Below, piece by piece: positions 33,856 through 44,863 of a DNA stretch of 64,000 nucleotides. The DNA is from Sporopachydermia quercuum (lineage: Eukaryota), in contig BCGN01000003.1 of assembly GCA_001599295.1 (NCBI GenBank), positions 1,860,001 to 1,924,000 of the forward strand, written 5' to 3'. Numbering within the stretch: the stretch's first letter is position 1; each line of letters begins with the position of its first letter. Under the pieces are notes generated by a model that was not told the DNA's origin, ran no database searches, and worked only from the letters and a program-made list of their open reading frames with translations. The position numbers were made by a program, and so were the translations under genes.

Positions 33856-36800
33856 TTAGTCTATGCTTTGTATATCATGAGTATCTGTCTGTTGGTTGTC
33901 GTGTGATGATTCATTATGATTCGATTCCGTTAATATTTCCATTTTTGTTCTGACTTCCACCGAGGTTAGACTGACTACAGTTTCCGTTTTGATAGATTTA
34001 CTTTGGTTATCTATTCCGTTATCTCTCCCGTTGTTCAATAAATCATTGCTTGAATCGGATATCAATGATCCGCTCTCCCTTCCGCTCTCCCTTCCGCTCT
34101 CCCTTCCGCTCTCCCTTCCGCTCTCCCTTCCGCTCTCCCTTCCGCTATCGTTTCCGCTATTTGCTTTAGGGATCAGTGCGGAGCTTGTTTCCCAATCTGG
34201 AACTACCCTTCCAGCTGCTTGAGGCAGTTCAATTGCCTTTTCAAAACCCTCACCCAACTCAGTTCCTCTTCCAGCTAATTTTCCCATTAAACTAGGCGGT
34301 TTTTTCCTAATTGGATATTGAACTTTGGGCAATTCATTCTCAGTTGTATTAGTATTTCCCAGTCGAGCTTTTGCATTATCAACCATAATTGTGGCAACTT
34401 TTCCCAAACCGGAAGGCGGTTTCCTATTGGGGTAATTCAATGCACTCATATAGTGCTCATCCAACTGCTTTAGTAACTCTGGCGGGAATTCGTGAGCGTT
34501 TGGAGCTTCTCTATGTTGAGGGGTTGGAGGAGAATTGCCTACTTTGGAGTCAAAACTACCCCATTTGCTTTTATGTGACTTATCCGAGCTACTCGGTTTC
34601 CTACTTGAGCGTCGTCGTGATTGAATCATTTCCACTCCCGAAGCAGTAGAGAAAACCTCCAATTCTGGGGGCTCAGCTCTCTGTTTCTGGTGTTCTTTTA
34701 GTGATTTCTGGTGCTGCTTCTGCGTCACGTTTTCCGAACTTGGTAAAACCTTATTCCCATTTTGACCCTTTTGGGTTTTAGCATACCAATTACTAACTTT
34801 TTTCAAAGTATTCGGAAGCGGAAGCGAATCAGAAACTGGTGAAGAAGCAGAGCTATCTTCAATTTGGGAGTTTGTAATTTCTGAAGTCGTTCCTAATGAG
34901 GAAACTGATGCCGAGGCAGAAGCCTCGATAGAAGCGGAACGTATATCGTCGGAAGTATTCCTTTCTTTTAAAAGTTCCGTTGTGGAGAATGATTTCCGGA
35001 ATTCCTGGGCTCCGAGATTATTCTCGGCTTTCTTACCCTTTCCGGAAATAACGTTCATGTACAAATTGGAGGCTCCTTTAGTGAATTCCGACGTTGCCAC
35101 TTTTTTCCGGAGATTATTGAACATCCTACTATTTCCGGTATTTTTCATACTGCTAGTACTAATATTTCCGGACTTACTGGACAAGATATCGGCTCGTTTC
35201 AGAGACTTTGATACCGTTAAATTTTCCAAACCCGAGCCTAATATTTCCGAGTCTTCTGTTTGTGGCCAAGCCACTCCCGCCATTTCCTCCGTTCTATCTA
35301 CATGGTCTCCGCTATCGTCTCGTCTATCGTTTCCGGTTTCCTTACTCCAAATTCCCCCACGATAAAACTCTTCCGAGGTATCAAAAAAAGTAATATCATC
35401 CATATTAGGAAACACAAGAGACTCTTTTAGTGCTTCTCGGAACCTAAAATCGATAGCATTTGTGATAATCCCGCTTTTCAGCTGCCGAGAGCTCACAATT
35501 GGCTCGATTTCCAGATTGAGTTTCGGCATCTCGGCAAAACACCACCAAATCCTTCCCGAAGGTGGAGGTTTCATTCGGAATAGTAGCGTACCCTGCAAAT
35601 CTTTGATACTTACCGCTAATACAATTGAAACTTCCCGGGCCTTAAACCGAGCTCCGAGGTTAATAGTTACTTTAGTGGCAATAGTAACGGATATATTGCC
35701 GGAATAGGAAACATCTGCCTCTACCATAAGGTTACCCTGGGGGGTGAGATCTCTGAGTTTAAAGTTTGTGAATTGCGGGGCTGCTGTTCCACAAAACACA
35801 TTCCGAACTTCAAAATCGGTTAGAAATCCCGGCTTTTTGATCCGTTGCAGCTTACGAATGATCCGGTTCCGAATAGCGGCTTCAAATTTCGGGGTTCGGT
35901 TGACGGCCAGAAATAGTCTTCCGATTGTGGCGTTGAGCCACCGGAAGTTCAATTGGCTGTCGGACGAGTGGATTGTGCTTATTAGGGTTATCATTTCTTC
36001 ACATTTAAGACCGAGTGGAGTTGCCGCGACTGCGGGGTCTATTGAGGGGTCCATTGCAGGTACTGCGGGAACTGTGGGGTCGGATTCATGCGGGGTACTT
36101 TGTCTCTTTGTGGCCTGAATTAATGCAAAATACCAATCTTCTTTCTCACAGTTATTATTGAAATGCAGATTAACTTTGGCTAAACCACTTGCCCCGGTGC
36201 CGAAGCCACTGACCCCGCGTTCCCCGCAGTCCTCTTTCCTAATTAGGCATACAAGAGTCCTTTTTGTAAACAATTGGGCGTCCTGCAAATTCCTTGGCAG
36301 AATTGTCACTACGAAGTTTACCAGTACAATCACGTGGTGAATCATGCGTAGGGTTTCGTCTTTGTACAGAAACAAGTTGCCATCTTTAAGTACTCCAAAA
36401 AGCTTAATTTTCTTCCCCGATTTCGCTTTTGTGGAAGCGGGTTGCAATTGAGGTTGAAACTGTTGTTTAGCGTGAGGCTTAGCTTGAGGCCGTGTCGGAA
36501 TCCTGGACGGAGAAACCGAAGAAACCGGAGAAAACAGAGGCGTATCACCTGGTTCATTTGAAGTTGCGGCATGAGGTTCCGAATTTCCGATGCCATTGCC
36601 CTCGCCGTCGCTGTGTGTGACAACAACATCGTCACTGACATTACTGTTATAATTATTGCTGTTACCATTAATTGCACTAATTGAGTTGACTGAATTACTG
36701 TCATTGCTATTGCTATTCCAATTCTCCTTAATATCATTTATGCTATCGTCTTCCTGCTGATAATTGCTGTCGTTAACTTCGTTTTCATTATTGCTGCCGA

Positions 36801-37281
36801 ACTCATTAATTCCACTATTGGAATTACTGTCGTTGCTGCTGGAGTCATGAAACTCCTGCGTAATGTAGATCCATCCTTTCATAGAAAGCGGAGTCGGAAG
36901 AGGAAGTGGTTTAACCCTGATGGTATTTCCTGATTGAGTATTAACCTGACTCCTCTTTGTAGGGCCTGATTGAGGCTCCTCCGCTTGCTGTGCCTCTTGC
37001 ACCTCCTGAGACTCTTGGGGCTCATTTTCCAGTCTAAATTCCCATTCCCCTTTGGCCTCTATTCCCTGTCCTTCTCCTTCTGTTTTCTCTTGCGCCCCAC
37101 TTTCGGCATCGTGTTCTCCTTTGGTTCCGACAGGCAGAAACTGTTGGACATACAATGGCTTTTCGTCAGCAACATATAGGAAATACCATTTGAATAGGAA
37201 TAGATAAGAAACGGTAATCAAACAAGGAATGAATGTGATCCCTCCAAAGAGATAAACAAGGATAAACTGGGTAAACGTCAT
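33856..37281 (-). CDS. NVJ2: Nucleus-vacuole junction protein 2 (TM-PH-SMP lipid transfer protein)
   Basis: First ATG at 37281 gives MTFTQFILVYLFGGITFIP (TM). PH domain FGVLKDGNLFLYKD...EKEDWYFALI. SMP domain WLNATIGRLFL...KPPPSGRIWWCF...ESLVFPNMDDITF. 1141 aa. Confidence 0.92.
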   Translation of the reverse strand: MTFTQFILVYLFGGITFIPCLITVSYLFLFKWYFLYVADEKPLYVQQFLPVGTKGEHDAESGAQEKTEGEGQGIEAKGEWEFRLENEPQESQEVQEAQQAEEPQSGPTKRSQVNTQSGNTIRVKPLPLPTPLSMKGWIYITQEFHDSSSNDSNSNSGINEFGSNNENEVNDSNYQQEDDSINDIKENWNSNSNDSNSVNSISAINGNSNNYNSNVSDDVVVTHSDGEGNGIGNSEPHAATSNEPGDTPLFSPVSSVSPSRIPTRPQAKPHAKQQFQPQLQPASTKAKSGKKIKLFGVLKDGNLFLYKDETLRMIHHVIVLVNFVVTILPRNLQDAQLFTKRTLVCLIRKEDCGERGVSGFGTGASGLAKVNLHFNNNCEKEDWYFALIQATKRQSTPHESDPTVPAVPAMDPSIDPAVAATPLGLKCEEMITLISTIHSSDSQLNFRWLNATIGRLFLAVNRTPKFEAAIRNRIIRKLQRIKKPGFLTDFEVRNVFCGTAAPQFTNFKLRDLTPQGNLMVEADVSYSGNISVTIATKVTINLGARFKAREVSIVLAVSIKDLQGTLLFRMKPPPSGRIWWCFAEMPKLNLEIEPIVSSRQLKSGIITNAIDFRFREALKESLVFPNMDDITFFDTSEEFYRGGIWSKETGNDRRDDSGDHVDRTEEMAGVAWPQTEDSEILGSGLENLTVSKSLKRADILSSKSGNISTSSMKNTGNSRMFNNLRKKVATSEFTKGASNLYMNVISGKGKKAENNLGAQEFRKSFSTTELLKERNTSDDIRSASIEASASASVSSLGTTSEITNSQIEDSSASSPVSDSLPLPNTLKKVSNWYAKTQKGQNGNKVLPSSENVTQKQHQKSLKEHQKQRAEPPELEVFSTASGVEMIQSRRRSSRKPSSSDKSHKSKWGSFDSKVGNSPPTPQHREAPNAHEFPPELLKQLDEHYMSALNYPNRKPPSGLGKVATIMVDNAKARLGNTNTTENELPKVQYPIRKKPPSLMGKLAGRGTELGEGFEKAIELPQAAGRVVPDWETSSALIPKANSGNDSGRESGRESGRESGRESGRESGRESGSLISDSSNDLLNNGRDNGIDNQSKSIKTETVVSLTSVEVRTKMEILTESNHNESSHDNQQTDTHDIQSID
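34069..34146. repeat. Coding 12-bp minisatellite (6.5 copies) in NVJ2, encoding (RESG)n
   Basis: TCCGCTCTCCCT repeated perfectly 6 times plus a partial copy. Confidence 0.95.
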
Positions 37282-39083
37282 TGTGTCTTCGTTCTTGATG
37301 TTTCCTTCTTTGTTGTTGTTGTTAAGACATGAGAATAGTGAAATACGAGTAGTCAATTTGATGCTTCTTATGGGGCAAATGATAAATATGATTAGGAGAA
37401 TAAAAATAAGAGACTCCTTTGTAATGAAATAGGCAGCTAAGTGTTGAGATACTGGGAAATTAGGATACTATGATGCAGTTGATATGAAAAAATGCTGCGA
37501 CTGATGATAATAATTGTGTGTAGGTGTGCAAGTTGTAGCTCCGCCGTGCTGTTCTGCACTGCCCTGGACGGATAGAAAGAATGATAACAAGGACAAAGAT
37601 AAATGCGCCGACCTTGAAATGGCCCTTTCTGTTAGTTTACTGGTATTTTAGCAATTATAGCTGCTAATAAAAATACATGAATTAAGCAGCAGCAGTGAAC
37701 ACTTCAATCAAACAGTAACTGGCAGCAATGTAGTGACGATTAATAGAGAGAGCACCAATAATAAAAGCTGGATTGTTTGCTGTACTGATAACGTTACTTC
37801 AGTTGCAACCAGCTAGCAGACTTGGTGGTGATTCATAGACAGGTTTACTAACAAGCTGGATTGCCGGATTGTCGGGCTCTAACCAACTGGCTCAATGATT
37901 TGGTTGTTATCGTTGAAGTACTATGCTGATAAAATGTGGGACTGGTAGTTTGAGTTCGCTGGTTTGCTTTGCTGGCTGCTTATTTTGCCAGCTCAAAGGA
38001 AATAAGAACTGATCAAAATGATCAAAAGATCAGTTCAGACCGCCAAATAATGCAATCAGTCCAAGCAGTTTACAATGAATTATAGAGTCTAATTGCTGTT
38101 TATCAACAACCAACAATCACCTGAAAATGAACTACTTAAGTAATAAATTGAGTAAAGTAACAGGCAATTAGATAAATCGCCAGTCAAACAGCAAATGATT
38201 GAATATTGCCAATAACAGTTACACAACTATCAAACAGCAACAACAATCAATCAAGGAAACAACTGAACAGAGCAAACACAACAGAACAGTTGAAACAGAT
38301 ATTTTCTTCCCGCAGATGGAATATTTGGTTCAACTGCACGTTAATTCTTGACTTTCGATTGGTTTTGTTTAATTTATTGTTGGGATGATGCTTAATTATT
38401 AATAATAGCTTAATGGATTCAGTTGATTCAGTCCGTTTGGTTTGTTTGGTCGATGTAGTTAATTTATACTATGCCGAATGGCAGTCTGCAGAAATAAATA
38501 GATTGTCTGACTCGCTAAAGCAATCAATGACAAATCAGTAATGGATTAATGGTGATTTGCTGAGTCTGAATAGTCACTCGCAATATTTCATAAACTATGC
38601 ATTAATTATTGTATAATTATTGCATAAGAATACATCAATTGTATCAGAATTGATGTTCTGCTTTTTAGTTGAGTGAAATGCCCTCTTTTGTTGGTTCTGT
38701 TAGTATTACACTTATTCTTGTAGCTCTAACAGCTTTTACTATTTCCTTGAATTGCTTGAGGTGCTAGATCCGCTCAGATTTCTTGAATCTCTAGAATTTC
38801 AATTAATTTTATCTATCAGTCAATCAATCAAAGATCCATCAGTACTTACAATTTGAATCAATGAACAAGCAATCAGTGCGCGAGCTCGCTCATATATCAT
38901 TCATGCAAAATGCGCATTTATTCATCTACTAACTCTTTTCTCGCTGGTTCTTGAATGAATCACTAAATGAGTATCAAACAACAATAATAATACTAGTAAT
39001 AACAGTTATATAATCCAGAAAGAAAGGAAGAAGGAAAGAGTTTGATGATGATGATGTGGTTTTGTGAGATGTGAGGTGCTTTG

Positions 39084-39120
39084 TGAAATATGAAATGTGA
39101 AATGTGAAATGTGAAATGTG
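39084..39120. repeat. Tandem heptamer (TGAAATG)n
   Basis: TGAAATA followed by TGAAATG x4. Confidence 0.85.
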
Positions 39121-40346
39121 ATCTGCATTTGCATATGGGATGGAAATTGTGGAGAAGTAAGTGTGGCGTAAAAGGAGGCAGACCAAGAATTACTGGAATG
39201 GGTGGAATGAGCCATATGTGGCTTTGCATTTAGGGGATGAGGAGGCGAGGACAATCACTTGCGCATAAAAATATGAAAAATACGTACGCATACGAGGTCG
39301 ACGTACGACTCAGAACTTAAACAAGCTTGCATAAACTAAAAAGTATATATAGATAGGAGCTTCAATCATGCAGAATTCTACATAGGATTGCATAGTGCAT
39401 GAGATGTCGATTATGTCATCAGCAATGTAGCTCGGGGAGAATTGATAACGACGTAATCAGGGTTGGCCCCATATGAGTCATAGTCTCCTGAACCTATTTT
39501 GTATGATCATGAATTGGTGGTAATAATAATTTTTATATATTTTTGGAGGAAAGATCAGGCTGAAAGGGCTCGATTTTGTTTCAGGCCTTCCTTCCAAATG
39601 TTGAACAATAGCATGGATTCAAAAGGGACACTGACGTTCATTGAAGGATTAGAACTGATACCACCAGTTTTACCTATCAGTCCAACCAGTTGCTCGAAAT
39701 CCCAGAAAGCACCAAAATTTGTCTCAATACTTCCAAGCAATCATTTCTGGTAAGAATAAGTATAAATAGCGTTAATTTCATTGGAAATTCATTACTTTGT
39801 TCACTCAGTCCGAAAGAATGTAGAAAATCGTCCCATATCAGAGGCAAAAGTTGGAAACATTTTATAAAAGACAAGAGCATTAACAAATACTACAGATGTC
39901 TGCATTATCGCATATTCCCCCACATGAAATTTGCATATCTCTGCATGTCTTGATTTATATTTTTGACCTGACAAAATCATGACGCAGATGACTGAACCTC
40001 GACGGATAGGCGATGACCATATAAATGAGAGTTCCCATAAGAAGCCAGTTAATTATTGTGGGAATGGATCTCTGTCTCCTAGTTACATAACTCTTTTCTT
40101 CTCATTGTCAACAGATTGTAGCTTGCTTCATTTTCTGTTCTCCTTTCTTTAAAGATTTTATAAGCGTTCCAGCTGATAGTTGATAAACCCATAAAAGTGC
40201 TTGATTCCCGCTCTCTATTCATTTATATGGGAGAGGTTTCATAAGGCTTATTTGATAAGATAAACAAAGCATAGGATTTACAAAATCGGCAGCAATTCTG
40301 TTAGTATTGAAAACACTCCGAAATATTCACTCAATAATAAAGCAAG

Positions 40347-40643
40347 ATGTGTTGTTGCGGTTGTGGATGGGATTTCCTACTGATAATCATTGCAGTGTTC
40401 TTCCCTCCTTTACCAGTATGGATAAAAAGAGGATTATGTTCAGCTGATGGATTTATCAATATTGCTTTATGTGTGTTAGGCTTCTTTCCAGGTCTAATTC
40501 ATTCCTGGTATATCATATCCAAATACCCAAGTGGTAGATCAAGGAATTATGATCTTGAACGACAAGGCCTTCTTGCCAATGGCAATGGTAATGATAGATG
40601 TCACCATCATATAGTGATTCAACAGGAACCACAAGGTCAGTAG
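40347..40643 (+). CDS. Pmp3/SNA-family small membrane proteolipid (Sna4-like Cys-rich N-terminus)
   Basis: 98 aa. IIAVFFPPLPVWIKRGLCSADGFINIALCVLGFFPGLIHSWYII is the Pmp3 family signature. Confidence 0.9.
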   Translation: MCCCGCGWDFLLIIIAVFFPPLPVWIKRGLCSADGFINIALCVLGFFPGLIHSWYIISKYPSGRSRNYDLERQGLLANGNGNDRCHHHIVIQQEPQGQ

Positions 40644-43199
40644 GTTGAGCATTAAAGAGCATCAAATAGAGATCTTATGATAATTGAAGGATTATATTGT
40701 TTATAGGCTAATAAATGTTTTCACTACAAAATAAACATGCTCTAAACCGAAAAGATACTCGAGAGTGACGATTGTAACTCCGGATAGGTTGGTATCGATA
40801 GAAGCAATTGTCATCGCTGATTAAATCTACTTAGTTTGAAATTACATACTTATCCACATATCCTCCCTACTTTCACGAAGTGCGATGAAGCTAATTACGT
40901 TCTTTTTATTATACTGCCGGAATACTTAGGTATACAGTAGAGTTCATTATTTTCCACTACTAAAATAAAAGTTAGTGAATTGTTTATCATACAATTGAAC
41001 TGCTCACACGTTTCAATCCAATGTTAATCAAACACTGCTTTTCTTCCTCAGTCTCATTAAATCAGTAAATTTTTTTTAACAATCATCGAATAACTCTGAC
41101 AGTGTGAATAAAATTAATTCGTCATAGGAAGCAATGTAACAGGTTTCATTAAACAAGGATGGTTCGTAATAGTTATAAATTCAGGAACATACCTTCAACA
41201 AAAATGGATAATGTAGTAACAAAACCAGGATTTGATTGCTATTAAATTTTTGTTAATAACTGATCAACTCCAATAAACAGAAAGCAAATCCTTCATCATA
41301 ACACAGACGATGCTATTAGATCAATAAGTAAAGGTCAGAACACGACCATCATCAACTCCAACAAACCAGCATCCAATTTGTACACGAGGACACCTTAAAG
41401 GAATATCGGGTAATTATGTCCGCCCGGTCGACAATTCTATCTTCATCCCAATACTAATTGATCTGGAGTCATATCATATCATATTATTGAATAGGAACTA
41501 TCGATGTATACCATACCTTACAGAAAACTCGTTAGTACACTGTTCATAAAGTGGATTAAAAAATTCCACTGAAAGTATGAAAATGTGTTTTGAAATGCTC
41601 ATACAAGGCTGAAACTTAACGATAAACCAGTGTCAACATTGAATTCAGTTGGAACAATTGGTATACAATGGCAATAATCATAGCAATCAAATACATCTAA
41701 ACTCATTTCATTCTCAAATGACTGAAGAAAAAGTTATTCTTACCAATTGCAAAACTACAAACTTGTTCAAGTTTCTAAAATACAATAAACAATCACAATC
41801 ACAATCAAAAAACAAGTAATAGATTCCGTATATGATACATATATACAGGAGGAATCCAGTTATTCCTGGCTGAATCCGCATATATTCTTTGATGTAAAGT
41901 GAAAAGAGCAAATTGAGATGAGCTAGAAGAAATTTTGTATGAGCGGCGAGATGAAAATTGTCAAAGGCGTTAATGCTGACATTTACGCCTTTAAAGGTAT
42001 GTTAGTGGTAGGAATTAGAACAGTCACATGACATATCACGTGATTGAATCATATCCTTGTCAACTTTATTATTAGGTGTTATTTTGAGAAAAGTGACAAT
42101 TTCTAATCAAGAAACGCGTAGAGGATATTGGAAATGAATTACAGCTAGTTTGGTATTGAATAACTAAACAAAAGACAAAATAAATGGAGAGCGTAGAAGA
42201 ACCCTAAGAATTTAGTATTCTAATCCGATGGTGGGACAGTATGACTGACTACAGTGTTTTGGATGGATTGGTAGGTAGTTAGGAGCTTGCCATTTATTGA
42301 CTGTTCACTGTTCTGGATTGAACGAGAGCGAATTGAGTACATTCATTACCCGTCTTTCATAATTCCAGTACTTCATCACATGTTGCCATATAAACAAACC
42401 GAGAATATATTGAAATCATTATTGGTCGATTGAAGAATCTAACCCGAATCAAGTTTCATTTATTCCAACGGTTATTCAAGGTTTTCTTTTCCTTCACCCA
42501 TTTAGTCTTAAAAGTTTACTACCTAGCGAATCATATTTTGCTTAATGGTAATACATTCAATACAGTTTTATGGCAATATACTTGCAACTATTCCTCGCTT
42601 AGCTGAACAGAGAATACTGGACTTTATTTGATTTATTGATTGTGTTAGTCTTTCAATCTTTAACTGTAAAACAGTATAGCCTTAAGGAACAGATTTCTGG
42701 CGAACTATATACCTTTCACTTACAGTATAAATGTAAAGGTTATAAAAAGGTTTCAATATATATTAAACTATGTAACTATGAACCATAATATTCTTGATCA
42801 TTCACAATGTATTTCATCTCAATGCAAATATTATTTATATTCATTGATTTCTTCCTACAATTGAGCAATCGGGTATTGAACCTGTTATTCTTGAAGCCAT
42901 ATGCTCCAAATAGGGTTTATCGTTAACGTTTTCTTCCATTTGAAACGGTAATTTTATACGTAACAAAAAGTCCAAAATTTTTATTTATTTCCATACGGTG
43001 AGAATCAGTTCCCTTCTAGCCAGATAGACAGCTTTATTATCACAGTTATGTTGAATAATAGGCTGAACTCTGATGAAATAAAAGCTAAAACTAGTCATTA
43101 TAATGGCCCGCGAGTACTAGCAGTTCAGAGAAAGAAAAGAATATAAGGATCTTTGTATCATCTCAACAGTTCTCTCATTAATTCTTGTAGTAATATAAG

Positions 43200-43400
43200 T
43201 AGATCTTCGTTCTTGTTGCATTTAACTTGAAGCAAGTGTCGCCATCTTCTGCCTGGTGAATCTATCATCTCCCACATCCATGTAGCCAGATGAAGCCAAG
43301 TTAATACATCCCCAAGTAAATATGACGTATGCATATATCAATGCCAACGGAAATGAATGCTATTGAAAACACACGTTGATTTGAATGAAAGTTAATTTGC
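43200..43400 (-). mobile_element. Possible Tc1/mariner transposase fragment
   Basis: Minus-strand VIFTWGCINLASSG resembles the Tc1 VMVWGC...G.G motif. No other DDE motifs recognised. Confidence 0.2.
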
Positions 43401-44863
43401 TTTGACTTGACTCACAACATGGGAAAATCCGGCCATACTCACCGCTCATGTCTGATACAACATAAATCTAGACCAGGTAATTGTACGATAAATTATATTG
43501 TTTTATATAGAAATAGTCTACAACGCTTTAATCTACATCGGATAATGTACAGTGTAGTCAACCGGACTCCTTGTACAATATTTCCTCAATGTATCAATAA
43601 TGTCTTTCCTATTCTATTCTGTTACGGATTTGAATAAACCACCAATACAATCCATAAAGCTGGAGCAGTACAGGATTTGCCCACACATTATTTATAACAG
43701 CCTTTCCAATTCCCCTCTAAGCAGACGCTAGAATTCCTTCAGATATAGGAATGACTTAGGATCTGGGTAAAAGAAGACCCTCTCTAACTGTTAAGTACCC
43801 AATATACGGATTTCCCATGAGCTGGTACAGTTCCAAGCAGTAACGTTGTGGTACGCCGTAGGAATGGCAATCCAAGACTGTTAAAGAACACCATATGGGA
43901 CGTAAACTACAAGTGCGAGCTGGAATAAGTACAGAAAATGATGTTAGAGTTTTGGCTTTATCAAACAGAACAAAATAAGAAGTTGAGAGCTAGTTGTAGG
44001 ATGAAACATTTTATCCTACAACCTATACTATCCAGCTATACTTGCTACGTTCCGGTATTATTAATAATGCTCCATAAATTTTTCTTATAATTAACAAATA
44101 TTTTAGTTACAATATCTTGTAATAAATCAAACTTGGTATAATTCTGTGGTCCTTTGAGATATTCCTGTTATATTCGTATGTCACGGGTTTCTCTTGCTCA
44201 TCCAAAGTTACACTTACATGAACCCTTTCTTCACGCCTATTCAACCACTGTTTCAACTAAACTTTCACATACCTCTGTCATGAAACTATCCAAAATAATA
44301 CCATACAAAGAGAACTCTTTTACAAGGATTTCCAAATGATTTCTAATTGTATATGCTGCACTCTCGCGATCCTGACAAGCTGCTGCTCCAATCCCTAATC
44401 ACCCCAAGTGAAAAATAATTTCTTCCGTACATATGTAATCCTTCATATAAAGTTTGACTAAATAAGTAACGTAAAGCGGAAATATATGCAAACCTTAGTC
44501 TTTAGTCAGGAATAAATTCATTTACTATGGAAAAATTTTATTTAGTATGTAAAACTTTAAATGTAGTAAGGCATTTTTCATTATCGGTCCCTCATATGGG
44601 GAACCTGTTTCTATCATGTTATTTTCAAGGACACCGAATTGGCCAGTTATTCTTTTTGAATTATTCACTGTATAGGTCTTCGGTTTCTTTTTCCTGCTGC
44701 TTAAGTTATGTCTCCATGGGTTTTCTTGTTTTCTGCTTCATAATTTTATCATAATTATCGAAACAATTAGTAGTTAAAGCAGTTAGCTATACGAGTTGTC
44801 TCAATATCTATAGAAGGAAGCTGCTGTTATTAATAAGTAGCTGTCGAAGAATAAAGAAACGAA

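Noticed and set aside
24357..36737. Many 60-170 aa antisense or alternate-frame ORFs inside MEC1 and NVJ2
   Set aside because: Shadow ORFs expected from the higher GC and codon structure of the host genes. No recognisable motifs.
39084..39120. Cluster of Ste12 pheromone response elements
   Set aside because: The unit is TGAAATG, not TGAAACA, and it looks like a slippage microsatellite.
39499..39953. Short overlapping ORFs upstream of the Pmp3-family gene as a spliced gene
   Set aside because: Could not build a consistent exon model or recognise any homology.
42023..42130. Point centromere (CDEI-like RTCACRTG followed by AT-rich DNA)
   Set aside because: The following DNA is not >90% AT and no CDEIII (TGT..G..TTCCGAA) lies at the expected distance. 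More likely ordinary E-boxes.
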